Assembly: GCA_947253995.1 (NCBI GenBank)
Contig: CAMYBM010000001.1
Span: 1-60,000 of the forward strand
DNA: 60,000 nt
Reading direction: 5' to 3'
Origin: an uncultured Candidatus Saccharibacteria bacterium
GTDB lineage: Bacteria > Patescibacteriota > Saccharimonadia > Saccharimonadales > Saccharimonadaceae
This document shows, one piece after another, positions 10,146 to 19,116 of this stretch. Numbering within the stretch: the first letter of the stretch is position 1; the number at the start of each line of letters is the position of its first letter. Below the pieces are notes generated by a model. That model worked only from the letters and a program-made list of their open reading frames with translations, ran no database searches and was not told the DNA's origin. Position numbers and translations under genes: made by a program.

Positions 10146-10949
10146 TTATTTACCCTTCCGTTTATGTAAACGATATTTACGCGGTTTCGCTTGATTTTTT
10201 ATCAGTGTACGTCTAGTTGTCTTAAATGCTGTTGTTGTAGTTAGCTCTTCGTCGCGATCGATTTTACCATCATGCATATAAATTACTCGACTAGCATATT
10301 TGAGCAGATCCGGATTGTGCGTCACCATTAGGATAGTATTACCAGCACTATGTAATTTAGTGAATTCTTGCATGATTAAGTTGCTGTTAGTAGTATCAAG
10401 ATTACCGGTCGGCTCATCGGCTAATATAATCTTTGGGCTATTAATTAATGCCCGAGCGATAGCAACGCGTTGCATTTGTCCACCGGATAGCTGATATGGT
10501 TTGTAATATTCACGCAGTGACAAGCCAAAAGTCTTTAGCAAAGCGCTAGCTCGTTCAAGGTTTTTGTAACCTATGCCGCGCCGATAGCTGAGTGGCATAG
10601 CAACGTTGTCGATTACGGTTAAATTAGGGATAAGATTAAATCCTTGAAAAATAAAACCAATATCGCGGTTCCGAATCTTAGCTTTACGTCCATCGCTAAA
10701 GCGACTAGCTTTACGCCCATTAAACAGGTACTCGCCGCTGTCGGCAGTCTCAAGTAATCCGATGTGGTTTAGTAAAGTAGTTTTACCACAGCCAGAAGGC
10801 CCCATGATCGCAACGAACTCACCTTGATAAATTGATAAATTAACGCGATTAAGCGCATAAGTAGCTTGGTCGTCAATGCCAAAAATTTTCGTAAGATCGC
10901 GCAATACGATCAAGGGCTTAATACCCTTATTTACCTCTGCCTGCATCAT
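10146..10949 (-). CDS. MacB/LolD-family ABC transporter ATP-binding protein
   Basis: [46 protein letters not shown]. Confidence 0.92.
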   Translation of the reverse strand: MMQAEVNKGIKPLIVLRDLTKIFGIDDQATYALNRVNLSIYQGEFVAIMGPSGCGKTTLLNHIGLLETADSGEYLFNGRKASRFSDGRKAKIRNRDIGFIFQGFNLIPNLTVIDNVAMPLSYRRGIGYKNLERASALLKTFGLSLREYYKPYQLSGGQMQRVAIARALINSPKIILADEPTGNLDTTNSNLIMQEFTKLHSAGNTILMVTHNPDLLKYASRVIYMHDGKIDRDEELTTTTAFKTTRRTLIKNQAKPRKYRLHKRKGK

Positions 10950-11018
10950 TTATATCATATCGCATTTAGCGGGAATATGGCAAGTTATGTAAATTGTATA
11001 TGCTATAATATAAAATAT

Positions 11019-11954
11019 ATGGCGCAGTATAAAGTACCGCAGGATGTCGAAGCGGACGATAAGTTGATTGGCCCATTTAGCTTTCGGCAGTTTTGTTATC
11101 TATTAATTGCGTTTGCCGCTGGCGGTATAGCTTTTGTGTTAGGTAAAATTGCGATACCATTAGCAATTATACCCTTGCCGGTTATTGTATTATTTTTCTC
11201 CATTGCACTGCCCTTGAGGAAAGATCAACCAACTGAGATCTATCTCGCAGCAATGGTACGATATTATTTAGTTAACGCTAAGCACCGTATTTGGGTTGCA
11301 GATGGCGAAGAAACAAATGTAATCATTGGCGTGCCAGTAGCGGAAGATAGTATTAACTCTAAAGATATAAAAGCGGACGAAGTGTCGCGCCGCTTATCGT
11401 TCTTAGCAAATATAACAGATACACAAGGTTGGTCTTCGCGAGGCGTTGACGCGCCAATCAATAATAACCTAAACGATGATTTTATCGCTTCAACTCAAAA
11501 CATTACCGATGTAATGGACGCTAACGCTTCAAGGATGGATAATCTTCTGGATAAATCATCACAAAAGCAACGCACCCAAGTTATTCAGCGGATGCAGAGT
11601 ATTCAAACGACTAATGCACCAACACCTACTTCACAATTGTTTCAGCCGATTTCGTCGTCGGCACCGAAGTTAGCACCAAAGTCGGCACCATTAATTAACC
11701 CAAATAAGTTACCTAATTACAATTATCAGCCAGTAGTAAATAATAGTCGACAAACGCCTGCTGCGCCACCAATCAGTAGATCGGTGTCGCCTGCACCAAC
11801 AAGTCAGCTAGTGGCACAACAACCGATTGTAGCAAAGAGAGAACCAGTGCCAACCAAGGAAGTGTTACCATCTGATAGTAAACCTGATATAATAAAACCA
11901 GTAAAGCCGGTTACCAACGATACCGGCAGTGTTATAGACATTGAATTACATTAA
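11019..11954 (+). CDS. PrgI-family T4SS membrane protein (VirB3-like role) with Pro-rich disordered tail
   Basis: MAQYKVPQDVEADDKLIGPFSFRQF is a typical PrgI N-terminus, followed by two TM helices. Start moved to ATG 11019, downstream of TGCTATAAT. Confidence 0.8.
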   Translation: MAQYKVPQDVEADDKLIGPFSFRQFCYLLIAFAAGGIAFVLGKIAIPLAIIPLPVIVLFFSIALPLRKDQPTEIYLAAMVRYYLVNAKHRIWVADGEETNVIIGVPVAEDSINSKDIKADEVSRRLSFLANITDTQGWSSRGVDAPINNNLNDDFIASTQNITDVMDANASRMDNLLDKSSQKQRTQVIQRMQSIQTTNAPTPTSQLFQPISSSAPKLAPKSAPLINPNKLPNYNYQPVVNNSRQTPAAPPISRSVSPAPTSQLVAQQPIVAKREPVPTKEVLPSDSKPDIIKPVKPVTNDTGSVIDIELH

Positions 11955-11968
11955 GGTGGGCGCGATAA

Positions 11969-12745
11969 ATGAAAGTAGCAGATAAAAAATCAGCCGAAGG
12001 TAAAGCTGTTAAGAACCCGAATTCAACACAGAACTCACTGCGCTTTGCTGAGTTACGGGATAATCTAGCCATCATGACAGATGGATCATTTCGTGCAGTC
12101 ATCGCTGCAAAGTCAATTAACTTCGATTTAATGAGTGCTCGTGAACGTGAGAGTGTTGAGATTAATTACCAAGATTTTATTAATTCATTAAACTTCCCTA
12201 TTCAAATATATGTTAAGTCTGAGAAGGTTGATATTGCTCCTTACGTCGATAAGCTTAAAGCACTGCGCACCAATCAAGAAAATATGCTACTAGGTGCTTT
12301 AATCGACGACTACATTGATTTTATTAATGCTCTATCGCGTGAGGCTAACATTATGGATAAAAGCTTTTTTGTTGTCATACCGTACACTATTGGTGAAGAG
12401 CATATGAAGATTGGTGAAACTTCTAGTCAAAAAGGTATTCTGACTTCTGTACTAAATGATACTACTGGGCGTCGCAGTCGAGTAGATGTTCCAGCTAATC
12501 GTTATAATGATGCCAAAGATATAATAAATACACGAGTTTCAACGGTAATTGACGGTTTGCGGCAGGTAGGTGTGCCGGCAGTGCGCCTACATACTAAAGA
12601 GCTGGGTGAAATGTATTATAGTATTTACAACCCAGATCAATCGCTGCGACAAACTATTGGAGATTTCAGCAACTACACATCATTGTACGTATCTAAAGGC
12701 GAAGGCTATGCGAAGCACACTAACATAGGAGATATTAATGTTTAA
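11969..12745 (+). CDS. T4SS-associated protein preceding VirB4 (TraC/VirB4-N-terminal-like)
   Basis: SINFDLMS..E..Y.DFINSLNFPIQIYV and FFVVIPY motifs; lies between PrgI and VirB4, overlapping the virB4 start. Confidence 0.6.
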   Translation: MKVADKKSAEGKAVKNPNSTQNSLRFAELRDNLAIMTDGSFRAVIAAKSINFDLMSARERESVEINYQDFINSLNFPIQIYVKSEKVDIAPYVDKLKALRTNQENMLLGALIDDYIDFINALSREANIMDKSFFVVIPYTIGEEHMKIGETSSQKGILTSVLNDTTGRRSRVDVPANRYNDAKDIINTRVSTVIDGLRQVGVPAVRLHTKELGEMYYSIYNPDQSLRQTIGDFSNYTSLYVSKGEGYAKHTNIGDINV

Positions 12746-14573
12746 GAAAAAAAATCAAAAGACACTCTACGCTGAACAAAAAGAGCGCGAGGCGCTTGAA
12801 GTCGCTGATATTTATCATAAGGGCGTGATAACTATGCGCGATTTAGTTGCGCCTGCGAGTTTGGAGTTTAATAGTAGTTATTTTCGTCTAGGCACGAGAT
12901 TCTGTCGCACTATTTACGTTTACGGTTATCCGCGTGTATTGTACACCGGCTGGTTATCAGGCATTGTCAACCTTGATGAGGTGATTGATATATCAATGTT
13001 TATTTACCCAGTTGATTCGCAAGTCGTAATGAATAACTTGCGTCGTAAGGTGACGCAGCTTGAGGCAGCTTTAGAGGTAAACGCCGAGCACGGTAAAGTA
13101 CGCGATCCTGCACTTGAGTCGGCCTACCAGGATGCGGAAGAATTGCGTGATAAATTGCAGCTAGGCGCTGAAAAGTTTTTCCGTCTGGGTTTATATTTAA
13201 CGATATCGTCAAACGACTTAGAAGATCTTAATAATGTAACCCGCAAAGTAGAAACTGCCCTTGGTCAGCAAATGGTATTAACTAAAGTTGCTTCAGCTCA
13301 GCAAGAACAAGGCATGAATTCAGTTATACCACAATTTAGCGATGAGTTGAAAATTCGACGCAACATGGACACTGGCGCATTATCTACTACTTTTCCGTTC
13401 ACTTCATCTGATTTAACGCAAGATGACGGTATTTTGTATGGTATTAATTTACACAATTACAGTTTGATTATCTTTAATCGGTATTTGCTTGAGAATGCCA
13501 ATATGGTTGTATTTGCTAAATCGGGTGCCGGAAAATCATTTACAGTTAAGCTTGAAGCTCTGCGTTCAATGATGATAGGTGTTGATGTTATTATTATTGA
13601 CCCGGAAGATGAATATCGTAAACTTTGTGATGCCGTCGGTGGGTCGTACATTCACTTATCCTTAAATAGTGATACGCGAATTAACCCGTTTGATCTACCG
13701 CACACTGTCGATACTGACCAAGGGGATGATAATGCGGACATTCTGCGATCTAACTTAATTACATTGCACGGTCTTTTGCGCCAAATGTTAGGTACATCGC
13801 ACGTAGCATCGAATGGTACGACGGTTAATACTTTAACCCCGAATGAAGAGGCCGATTTGGATCAAGCGCTAATTGATACTTATGCTCGCGTTGGCATTAC
13901 CTCTGACCCATTGACCCACAACTCTACTCCACCAGTGATGGCTGATTTGTATGACACTTTAGCACATATGGGTGGATCGGGACCAGACCTAGCGCAGCGT
14001 CTACGCCAGTATACGACTGGTACCTTTGCAGGTATTTTTTCACACCAATCTAATGTGGAAATTAACAATCACATGGTAGTATTTAATATCCGCGACCTAG
14101 AGGATGAGTTACGTCCGGTAGCAATGTATATTGTACTTAATCATATTTGGAACAAAGTTCGTGCCGATAAGGATCACAAGCGAATGTTGATTGTTGATGA
14201 GGCTTGGCAGCTAATGAAGTACCCTGATAGTGCTAACTTTTTGTTTAGTCTGGCTAAGCGCGCTCGTAAGTATTATCTAGGACTTACCACAATTACACAG
14301 GATGTTGAAGACTTTATTTCGTCTCCTATGGGTCGTGCGATTGTAGCTAACTCATCCATTCAGTTACTACTCAAACAGTCACCTTCGTCAGTCGATATGC
14401 TTGGTCAAGTGTTTAAACTAACCGAAGAGGAATTAAAACGTCTTTCTAGTTTTCCAGTAGGACAAGGATTATTCTTTGCCGGATCTAACCATGTTTTAAT
14501 TCAGATTATTGCATCAGATACAGAGCAGTCGCTGATTACAACTAATCCAAATCAACTCGCTAAACAAAAATGA
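12738..14573 (+). CDS. virB4: VirB4-like type IV secretion ATPase
   Basis: NANMVVFAKSGAGKS (Walker A), IIDPEDEY, INPFD, LIVDEAW (Walker B), KRARKY, ITQ. Confidence 0.9.
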   Translation: MFKKKNQKTLYAEQKEREALEVADIYHKGVITMRDLVAPASLEFNSSYFRLGTRFCRTIYVYGYPRVLYTGWLSGIVNLDEVIDISMFIYPVDSQVVMNNLRRKVTQLEAALEVNAEHGKVRDPALESAYQDAEELRDKLQLGAEKFFRLGLYLTISSNDLEDLNNVTRKVETALGQQMVLTKVASAQQEQGMNSVIPQFSDELKIRRNMDTGALSTTFPFTSSDLTQDDGILYGINLHNYSLIIFNRYLLENANMVVFAKSGAGKSFTVKLEALRSMMIGVDVIIIDPEDEYRKLCDAVGGSYIHLSLNSDTRINPFDLPHTVDTDQGDDNADILRSNLITLHGLLRQMLGTSHVASNGTTVNTLTPNEEADLDQALIDTYARVGITSDPLTHNSTPPVMADLYDTLAHMGGSGPDLAQRLRQYTTGTFAGIFSHQSNVEINNHMVVFNIRDLEDELRPVAMYIVLNHIWNKVRADKDHKRMLIVDEAWQLMKYPDSANFLFSLAKRARKYYLGLTTITQDVEDFISSPMGRAIVANSSIQLLLKQSPSSVDMLGQVFKLTEEELKRLSSFPVGQGLFFAGSNHVLIQIIASDTEQSLITTNPNQLAKQK

Positions 14574-15499
14574 AACCATATCAACGTCTTGTAGTAGTTT
14601 TTTCGCCAAATTCCACTAGAGCCAAAATATACAATAAGCTGCGGCCAAATATCACAGATTATTCTTTAACGTTGGATGTTGGCATTACTGAGATTAGATT
14701 AAAGAATACGCCATATTTTGAAGCACGTAAAACAATTGCAGATAGTTTGGTTGACGGTGATCTTGTAGTAGCTTGTGGTGGAGATGGTACAGCTCAAGTT
14801 ACGTTTGATGCGATTTACTGTTCTGGCACCAAGGCTACTTTTGCAGTTATTCCTCTTGGTAATAGCAATGATTTGTCGCTAGCTTTGAATGGTAAGCATA
14901 CTAATCCGCACACCATCCTACGTCAGTCGGCTGCGGTGCTTCGTCCGATTAATTTATACGCTGATGGCGAACGTCAATTTTCAATTGCTAGTTATGTAAC
15001 GTTTGGTGCTACTACGGTTTTGGTTGATTACTTAAATCAAAAAGTTGGTCGTACGCGCCGCCGGATATTTAAGCGTCTTACCCCTGCTTTATCATTACCT
15101 CTTAGCAAAATGAGTGAGATATCACATAAAGTCAACAATCTAGAATTTCCTGATTTTGAACGCGATCATAATATAATGCAAGACGATTCAATCGGATTTT
15201 TTAACATTAATGCGGCACATAATGTTTTGCGCTTAAGTAAGCGTGTTATATTTGCTGAGACAGAATTTTTCTTTCACCACGCTATGACCAAAAATAAAAA
15301 TTTAGCTAAGAAGATAATTATGGCGGGACTTTGGACGATTAATTTCCCGGGTGAATTCAGTAGCCTAGAAACCCTTAATTTTAGACAGCCAGTTGAACTT
15401 ATTGCCAACGTCGCTGGTGATAATATTAATATTGGTACGACTAAAAAAATTGCCGCACTCCGGAGCGAGCGCGGCATTCAAGTTTTAACTAGCCAGTAG
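14570..15499 (+). CDS. Diacylglycerol/lipid kinase-family protein (divergent)
   Basis: SPNS, VVACGGDGT, IPLGNSNDL motifs. Confidence 0.72.
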   Translation: MKPYQRLVVVFSPNSTRAKIYNKLRPNITDYSLTLDVGITEIRLKNTPYFEARKTIADSLVDGDLVVACGGDGTAQVTFDAIYCSGTKATFAVIPLGNSNDLSLALNGKHTNPHTILRQSAAVLRPINLYADGERQFSIASYVTFGATTVLVDYLNQKVGRTRRRIFKRLTPALSLPLSKMSEISHKVNNLEFPDFERDHNIMQDDSIGFFNINAAHNVLRLSKRVIFAETEFFFHHAMTKNKNLAKKIIMAGLWTINFPGEFSSLETLNFRQPVELIANVAGDNINIGTTKKIAALRSERGIQVLTSQ

Positions 15500-16534
15500 T
15501 TGTTTTAGCTTTTCAACTAGTTTAACTGGTGTTGGATCGATATTGTTATTGATTGCGAGGTAGATACTGGAACAATCAGCCATAATTGCACCACTAAGTG
15601 TTTGTTTGAGGTAAGTGTCACCTTCTAGCCAGATGTCATGTGAATGCGGTCGCATTCCGGATAGTAGTTTTTCGCTTAGATCGAAGCGTTGATTGACTCG
15701 CGTACTATCAAGATTAGAGCGCAGACTAATTACAGCAAAAGGTTTTTCGATTGGTTGTTTGGTCCAACCAATAAATTCATTGTGATTAAATTCAGGAAAT
15801 TCATTGCACCAGATGATATTTTTGGCATTTTCATTGAATGATGTTTTCCATTTATAAGCTAAAGGATAGAACCAACTACTAGCAAATACTAATACAGTCT
15901 TGCCCATGCAGCTATCGGCTAGTTGTTTAGCACCGTTGCGTTCAAATGGCACAACTGCGGCTAATTTATTAGCATAGTTTTTGACAAATTCGGCACTGTC
16001 GGCTAGTTCTTGGTAAGCACCTTTAACAATACCGTAAGACTCGAAGATTTGCGTAATGGCGCGCAGGTGCATAAATACGCCATAGCGTGGCTGAGAAATT
16101 TTGTCTAATTTAATGTACGGTAGTTGGTCATCTTGCGCCCGTTTTAATAATTTTCCCCCACTCGTAATAATTACTATCTGAGAATGTTTCGCTATAGCAT
16201 CATCAAGTGATGATAGTGTTTCTTCGGTATTACCGCTAACGCTAAAAATGATAGAGAGTGTTTTATTATTAACATACTCCGGTACGGTATACTCACGACT
16301 GATTTCAAACGGTACATTTAGAGTGTAATCATGACGCAACCAACGATTAGCGATTAATCCAGCTAAGCATGATCCGCCCATACCGCTTAATACTATGTTA
16401 TGAATAGGGTTGTGTGATGATTTGGACTGTTGAATTTTAGCATTAAATTCGAGTTGTTTATACGATCCGAGGATAACATCAAGTGCATTCTCGGGGTCAC
16501 GGTTACTAATCAAACTTAAATTATCTAATTGCAT
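15485..16534 (-). CDS. Bifunctional phosphoglucose/phosphomannose isomerase (SIS domain)
   Basis: SGMGGS, SVSGNTEETL, TSGGKL, QPR, WKTSFNENAK, FPEFNHNE. Confidence 0.9.
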   Translation of the reverse strand: MQLDNLSLISNRDPENALDVILGSYKQLEFNAKIQQSKSSHNPIHNIVLSGMGGSCLAGLIANRWLRHDYTLNVPFEISREYTVPEYVNNKTLSIIFSVSGNTEETLSSLDDAIAKHSQIVIITSGGKLLKRAQDDQLPYIKLDKISQPRYGVFMHLRAITQIFESYGIVKGAYQELADSAEFVKNYANKLAAVVPFERNGAKQLADSCMGKTVLVFASSWFYPLAYKWKTSFNENAKNIIWCNEFPEFNHNEFIGWTKQPIEKPFAVISLRSNLDSTRVNQRFDLSEKLLSGMRPHSHDIWLEGDTYLKQTLSGAIMADCSSIYLAINNNIDPTPVKLVEKLKQLLAS

Positions 16535-16569
16535 ACACCCTCCTTTACTGTACTGTTATTATAGCAGAA

Positions 16570-16600
16570 TCCAGCCACCTAGATATACTAGATGGCTGGA
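16570..16600 (-). terminator. Hairpin downstream of groEL
   Basis: TCCAGCCA(C)CTAG-ATATA-CTAG(A)TGGCTGGA. Confidence 0.55.
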
Positions 16601-16614
16601 CAACCTTAATAGCA

Positions 16615-18234
16615 CTACATCATGCCCATGCCGTTGCCAACAGGGTTTTGCGTTTCTGGTTTAGGTAAGTCAACTACCAATGCGCCCATTGTCATTGCTG
16701 TAGAAGCAATAGACACGGCGTTTTTAATCGCTTCGTGAGTTACGCGAGCTGGGTCAACCACGCCGGCTTGTTTGAGGTCGATCAGCTTGTTATTGTAGTC
16801 CATTACATTAACACCATATCCAGGCTTAGCCGCTTGAACTTGCGCCAATAAGGCTTCGCTATTTAAGCCAGCATTGGCTGTGATTTGCTTAAATGGTGCT
16901 AACAAGGCGTGGCGTAAGATATCGGCGCCAGCATCGTCGCTAGTAATTTCATTAGCTAAATTAACTAGGGTTACACCACCACCTGGAACGATACCACCAT
17001 CAAGAGCAGCTTTAACCGCAGCAACTGCATCGTCGACACGGTACTTTTTCTCTTCGATTTCGGTTTCAGTTGCGCCACCAACTTTAATTACTGCAACTTT
17101 ACCGCTTAACGATGCTGCTCGCTTAGCAATTTGCTCTTTATCGTAATCACTTTGTGCCGTTGCTTTCTGCGCAGCAATTAGCTTAATCCGTTCGGCGATT
17201 TGATTTTTGTCTCCAGCCCCTTCAATAATAGTTGTACTGTCTTTGGTAGAGATTACTCGTCGCGCCGAACCAACTACTTCTAGTCCAACGTTATCAAATG
17301 TCATACCATGATCAGCTGAAATTACGGTTGCACCGGTTAGAGTGGCGATGTCTTGCAATGCATCCTTGCGACGTTCGCTGAACGATGGTGCTTTGATAGC
17401 TAGAGTATTTAAGACACCTTTATATTTATTGAGAATAAGAACACCGAGTGCTTCGCCAGTGACGTCTTCAGCAATAAGCACGATATCTTTTTTACCAGCA
17501 CTGGCAACTTTTTCAATTAATGGCAAGAACTCTTGCGCTGAGCTTACCTTCTTGTCGGTGATGATGATAGCTGGTTTGTCGTAAGCAGCTTCCATACGAT
17601 TAGCATCGGTTACCATATAAGAGCTAATGTATCCACGGTCAAATGTAAATCCTTCAACCACTTCTGATTCAAGATTCATCCCTTGCCCAGCTTCAACACT
17701 CACTACACCATCACGACCAATTTTTGCCATAACATCGGCAATTAGTTGGCCAATTTCAGTGTCGCCGGCTGAGATGCTAGCAACTTCGGCAATAAGGTCT
17801 TGATTGCCTTTGACCGGCTCTGCTATCTTGCTTAGTTTATCTAAAATTGTGTGTGCAGCCTTCTCGACGCCTTTGCGTAACTCCATTGGGTTATGCCCCG
17901 CCGCAATTAAGCGGTTAGCTTCACGCAAGATTTCATAAGTTAATACAGTAACGGTTGTTGTGCCATCGCCAGCTACTTTGTTCATCTTTTTTGCAGCTTG
18001 TTTAATTAGTTCAGCGCCAATTTTTTCACCAAGATACTCATCAGTTTCGGGTAAATCAATTGCTTCGGCTACAGTTACGCCATCGTGTGTTACGCTTGGA
18101 CCACCATAAGTTTTACCAATAACAACATTACGCCCCTTAGGTCCCATCGTTGTCTTAACTGCGTCAGATAATGCTTTGGCGCCAGCTAATACCTTCTCGC
18201 GGGCGGTATCACCATAAAAAATTTGTTTTGCCAT
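16615..18234 (-). CDS. groL: Chaperonin GroEL
   Basis: TMGPKGRNV, DGVTVA, AGDGTTT, VGGATETE, GIVPGGG, GMGMM tail. Confidence 0.98.
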   Translation of the reverse strand: MAKQIFYGDTAREKVLAGAKALSDAVKTTMGPKGRNVVIGKTYGGPSVTHDGVTVAEAIDLPETDEYLGEKIGAELIKQAAKKMNKVAGDGTTTVTVLTYEILREANRLIAAGHNPMELRKGVEKAAHTILDKLSKIAEPVKGNQDLIAEVASISAGDTEIGQLIADVMAKIGRDGVVSVEAGQGMNLESEVVEGFTFDRGYISSYMVTDANRMEAAYDKPAIIITDKKVSSAQEFLPLIEKVASAGKKDIVLIAEDVTGEALGVLILNKYKGVLNTLAIKAPSFSERRKDALQDIATLTGATVISADHGMTFDNVGLEVVGSARRVISTKDSTTIIEGAGDKNQIAERIKLIAAQKATAQSDYDKEQIAKRAASLSGKVAVIKVGGATETEIEEKKYRVDDAVAAVKAALDGGIVPGGGVTLVNLANEITSDDAGADILRHALLAPFKQITANAGLNSEALLAQVQAAKPGYGVNVMDYNNKLIDLKQAGVVDPARVTHEAIKNAVSIASTAMTMGALVVDLPKPETQNPVGNGMGMM

Positions 18235-18236
18235 AA

Positions 18237-18509
18237 TTATTTGACTAGCTTAGCTAGTACATCCTCCTCTTTAACAATAAAATATTTTACATTATCTACC
18301 TTGATGTCAGTGGTGGAATATTCTCGTACAACAATACGATCACCAGTCTCTAGTTGTTTTACATCAGCACCTACAGCTAAAACTTTAGCAACTTGTGATT
18401 TTTCTTTAGCGTCATCAGGTAAATATAGTCCAGTAGCAGTACGAGACTCTGTGTCTTCGCGTTGCGCTACAATTCGATCACCCAAAGGTTGTAATGGTAT
18501 ATTTGACAA
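18237..18509 (-). CDS. groS: Co-chaperonin GroES
   Basis: LQPLGDRIV, TATGLYLPD.AKEK, VLAVG; TTG start behind SD AAGGAGG. Confidence 0.96.
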   Translation of the reverse strand: MSNIPLQPLGDRIVAQREDTESRTATGLYLPDDAKEKSQVAKVLAVGADVKQLETGDRIVVREYSTTDIKVDNVKYFIVKEEDVLAKLVK

Positions 18510-18552
18510 TTCGTCCTCCTTTGTTTAACAAGCACTATTATAGCAGGATGAA

Positions 18553-18579
18553 TTAGCACTTGCAAGCGTAGAGTGCTAA
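18553..18579. promoter_or_regulatory. CIRCE element (HrcA operator)
   Basis: TTAGCACTT-GCAAGCGTA-GAGTGCTAA, one mismatch to TTAGCACTC-N9-GAGTGCTAA; just upstream of the groES -10 (TGCTATAAT on the - strand). Confidence 0.93.
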
Positions 18580-19116
18580 TTAGTTAATTTCATAAATTGT
18601 TTTGTAATGGCCATCAACTTGAAGCTGTACTTTATATGGTTTATTTGTACAGTCTAGTCTAAATGGAATCAACTTACCCTTACCGTCTAATTGTATCGTG
18701 GTGCTAAAAACTGCAGGATTGCTTGATACATCATGTACAATATCTTTGCCAATACTAATCATTTTAATGTTAGTATGATTGACTTCATTTTCATGCTGAT
18801 AGTAAGCTTCAAGTGCTTGGCGCGCCATATAAGCAACTCTGCTTAAAACGCCATAGTTAATGAAGTTTAGTTCGCCAACGACAAAAGGCTTGTTTGGCGG
18901 TTCACCATAAGTTTGAGGCAGTGCTTGCCCACGGTTAATTGCTACACCGCTATGCTTATCAAGTGTAGTTTTGGTCGCCTCCTTTTGCTCTTTACGCCAT
19001 TTAGCTTGATCAACTACGGAAGGTATGGATATAATGATCGTTAAAATTAGCAGCCCCATAAAACCGCAGAGAATTATACGAATCTTGGGTGGTAAGTTAG
19101 TAAATTTTTGCATCAT
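18580..19116 (-). CDS. Hypothetical N-terminally membrane-anchored protein
   Basis: Single N-terminal TM; ATGA-coupled to the upstream hydrolase gene. Confidence 0.7.
   Translation of the reverse strand: MMQKFTNLPPKIRIILCGFMGLLILTIIISIPSVVDQAKWRKEQKEATKTTLDKHSGVAINRGQALPQTYGEPPNKPFVVGELNFINYGVLSRVAYMARQALEAYYQHENEVNHTNIKMISIGKDIVHDVSSNPAVFSTTIQLDGKGKLIPFRLDCTNKPYKVQLQVDGHYKTIYEIN

Noticed and set aside
10866..11018. N-terminal extensions called by the ORF track (PrgI from 10866; also 34167, 41789, 44417, 49675, 53958)
   Set aside because: They overlap neighbouring genes or promoter elements; downstream ATGs fit family N-termini and -10/SD spacing better.
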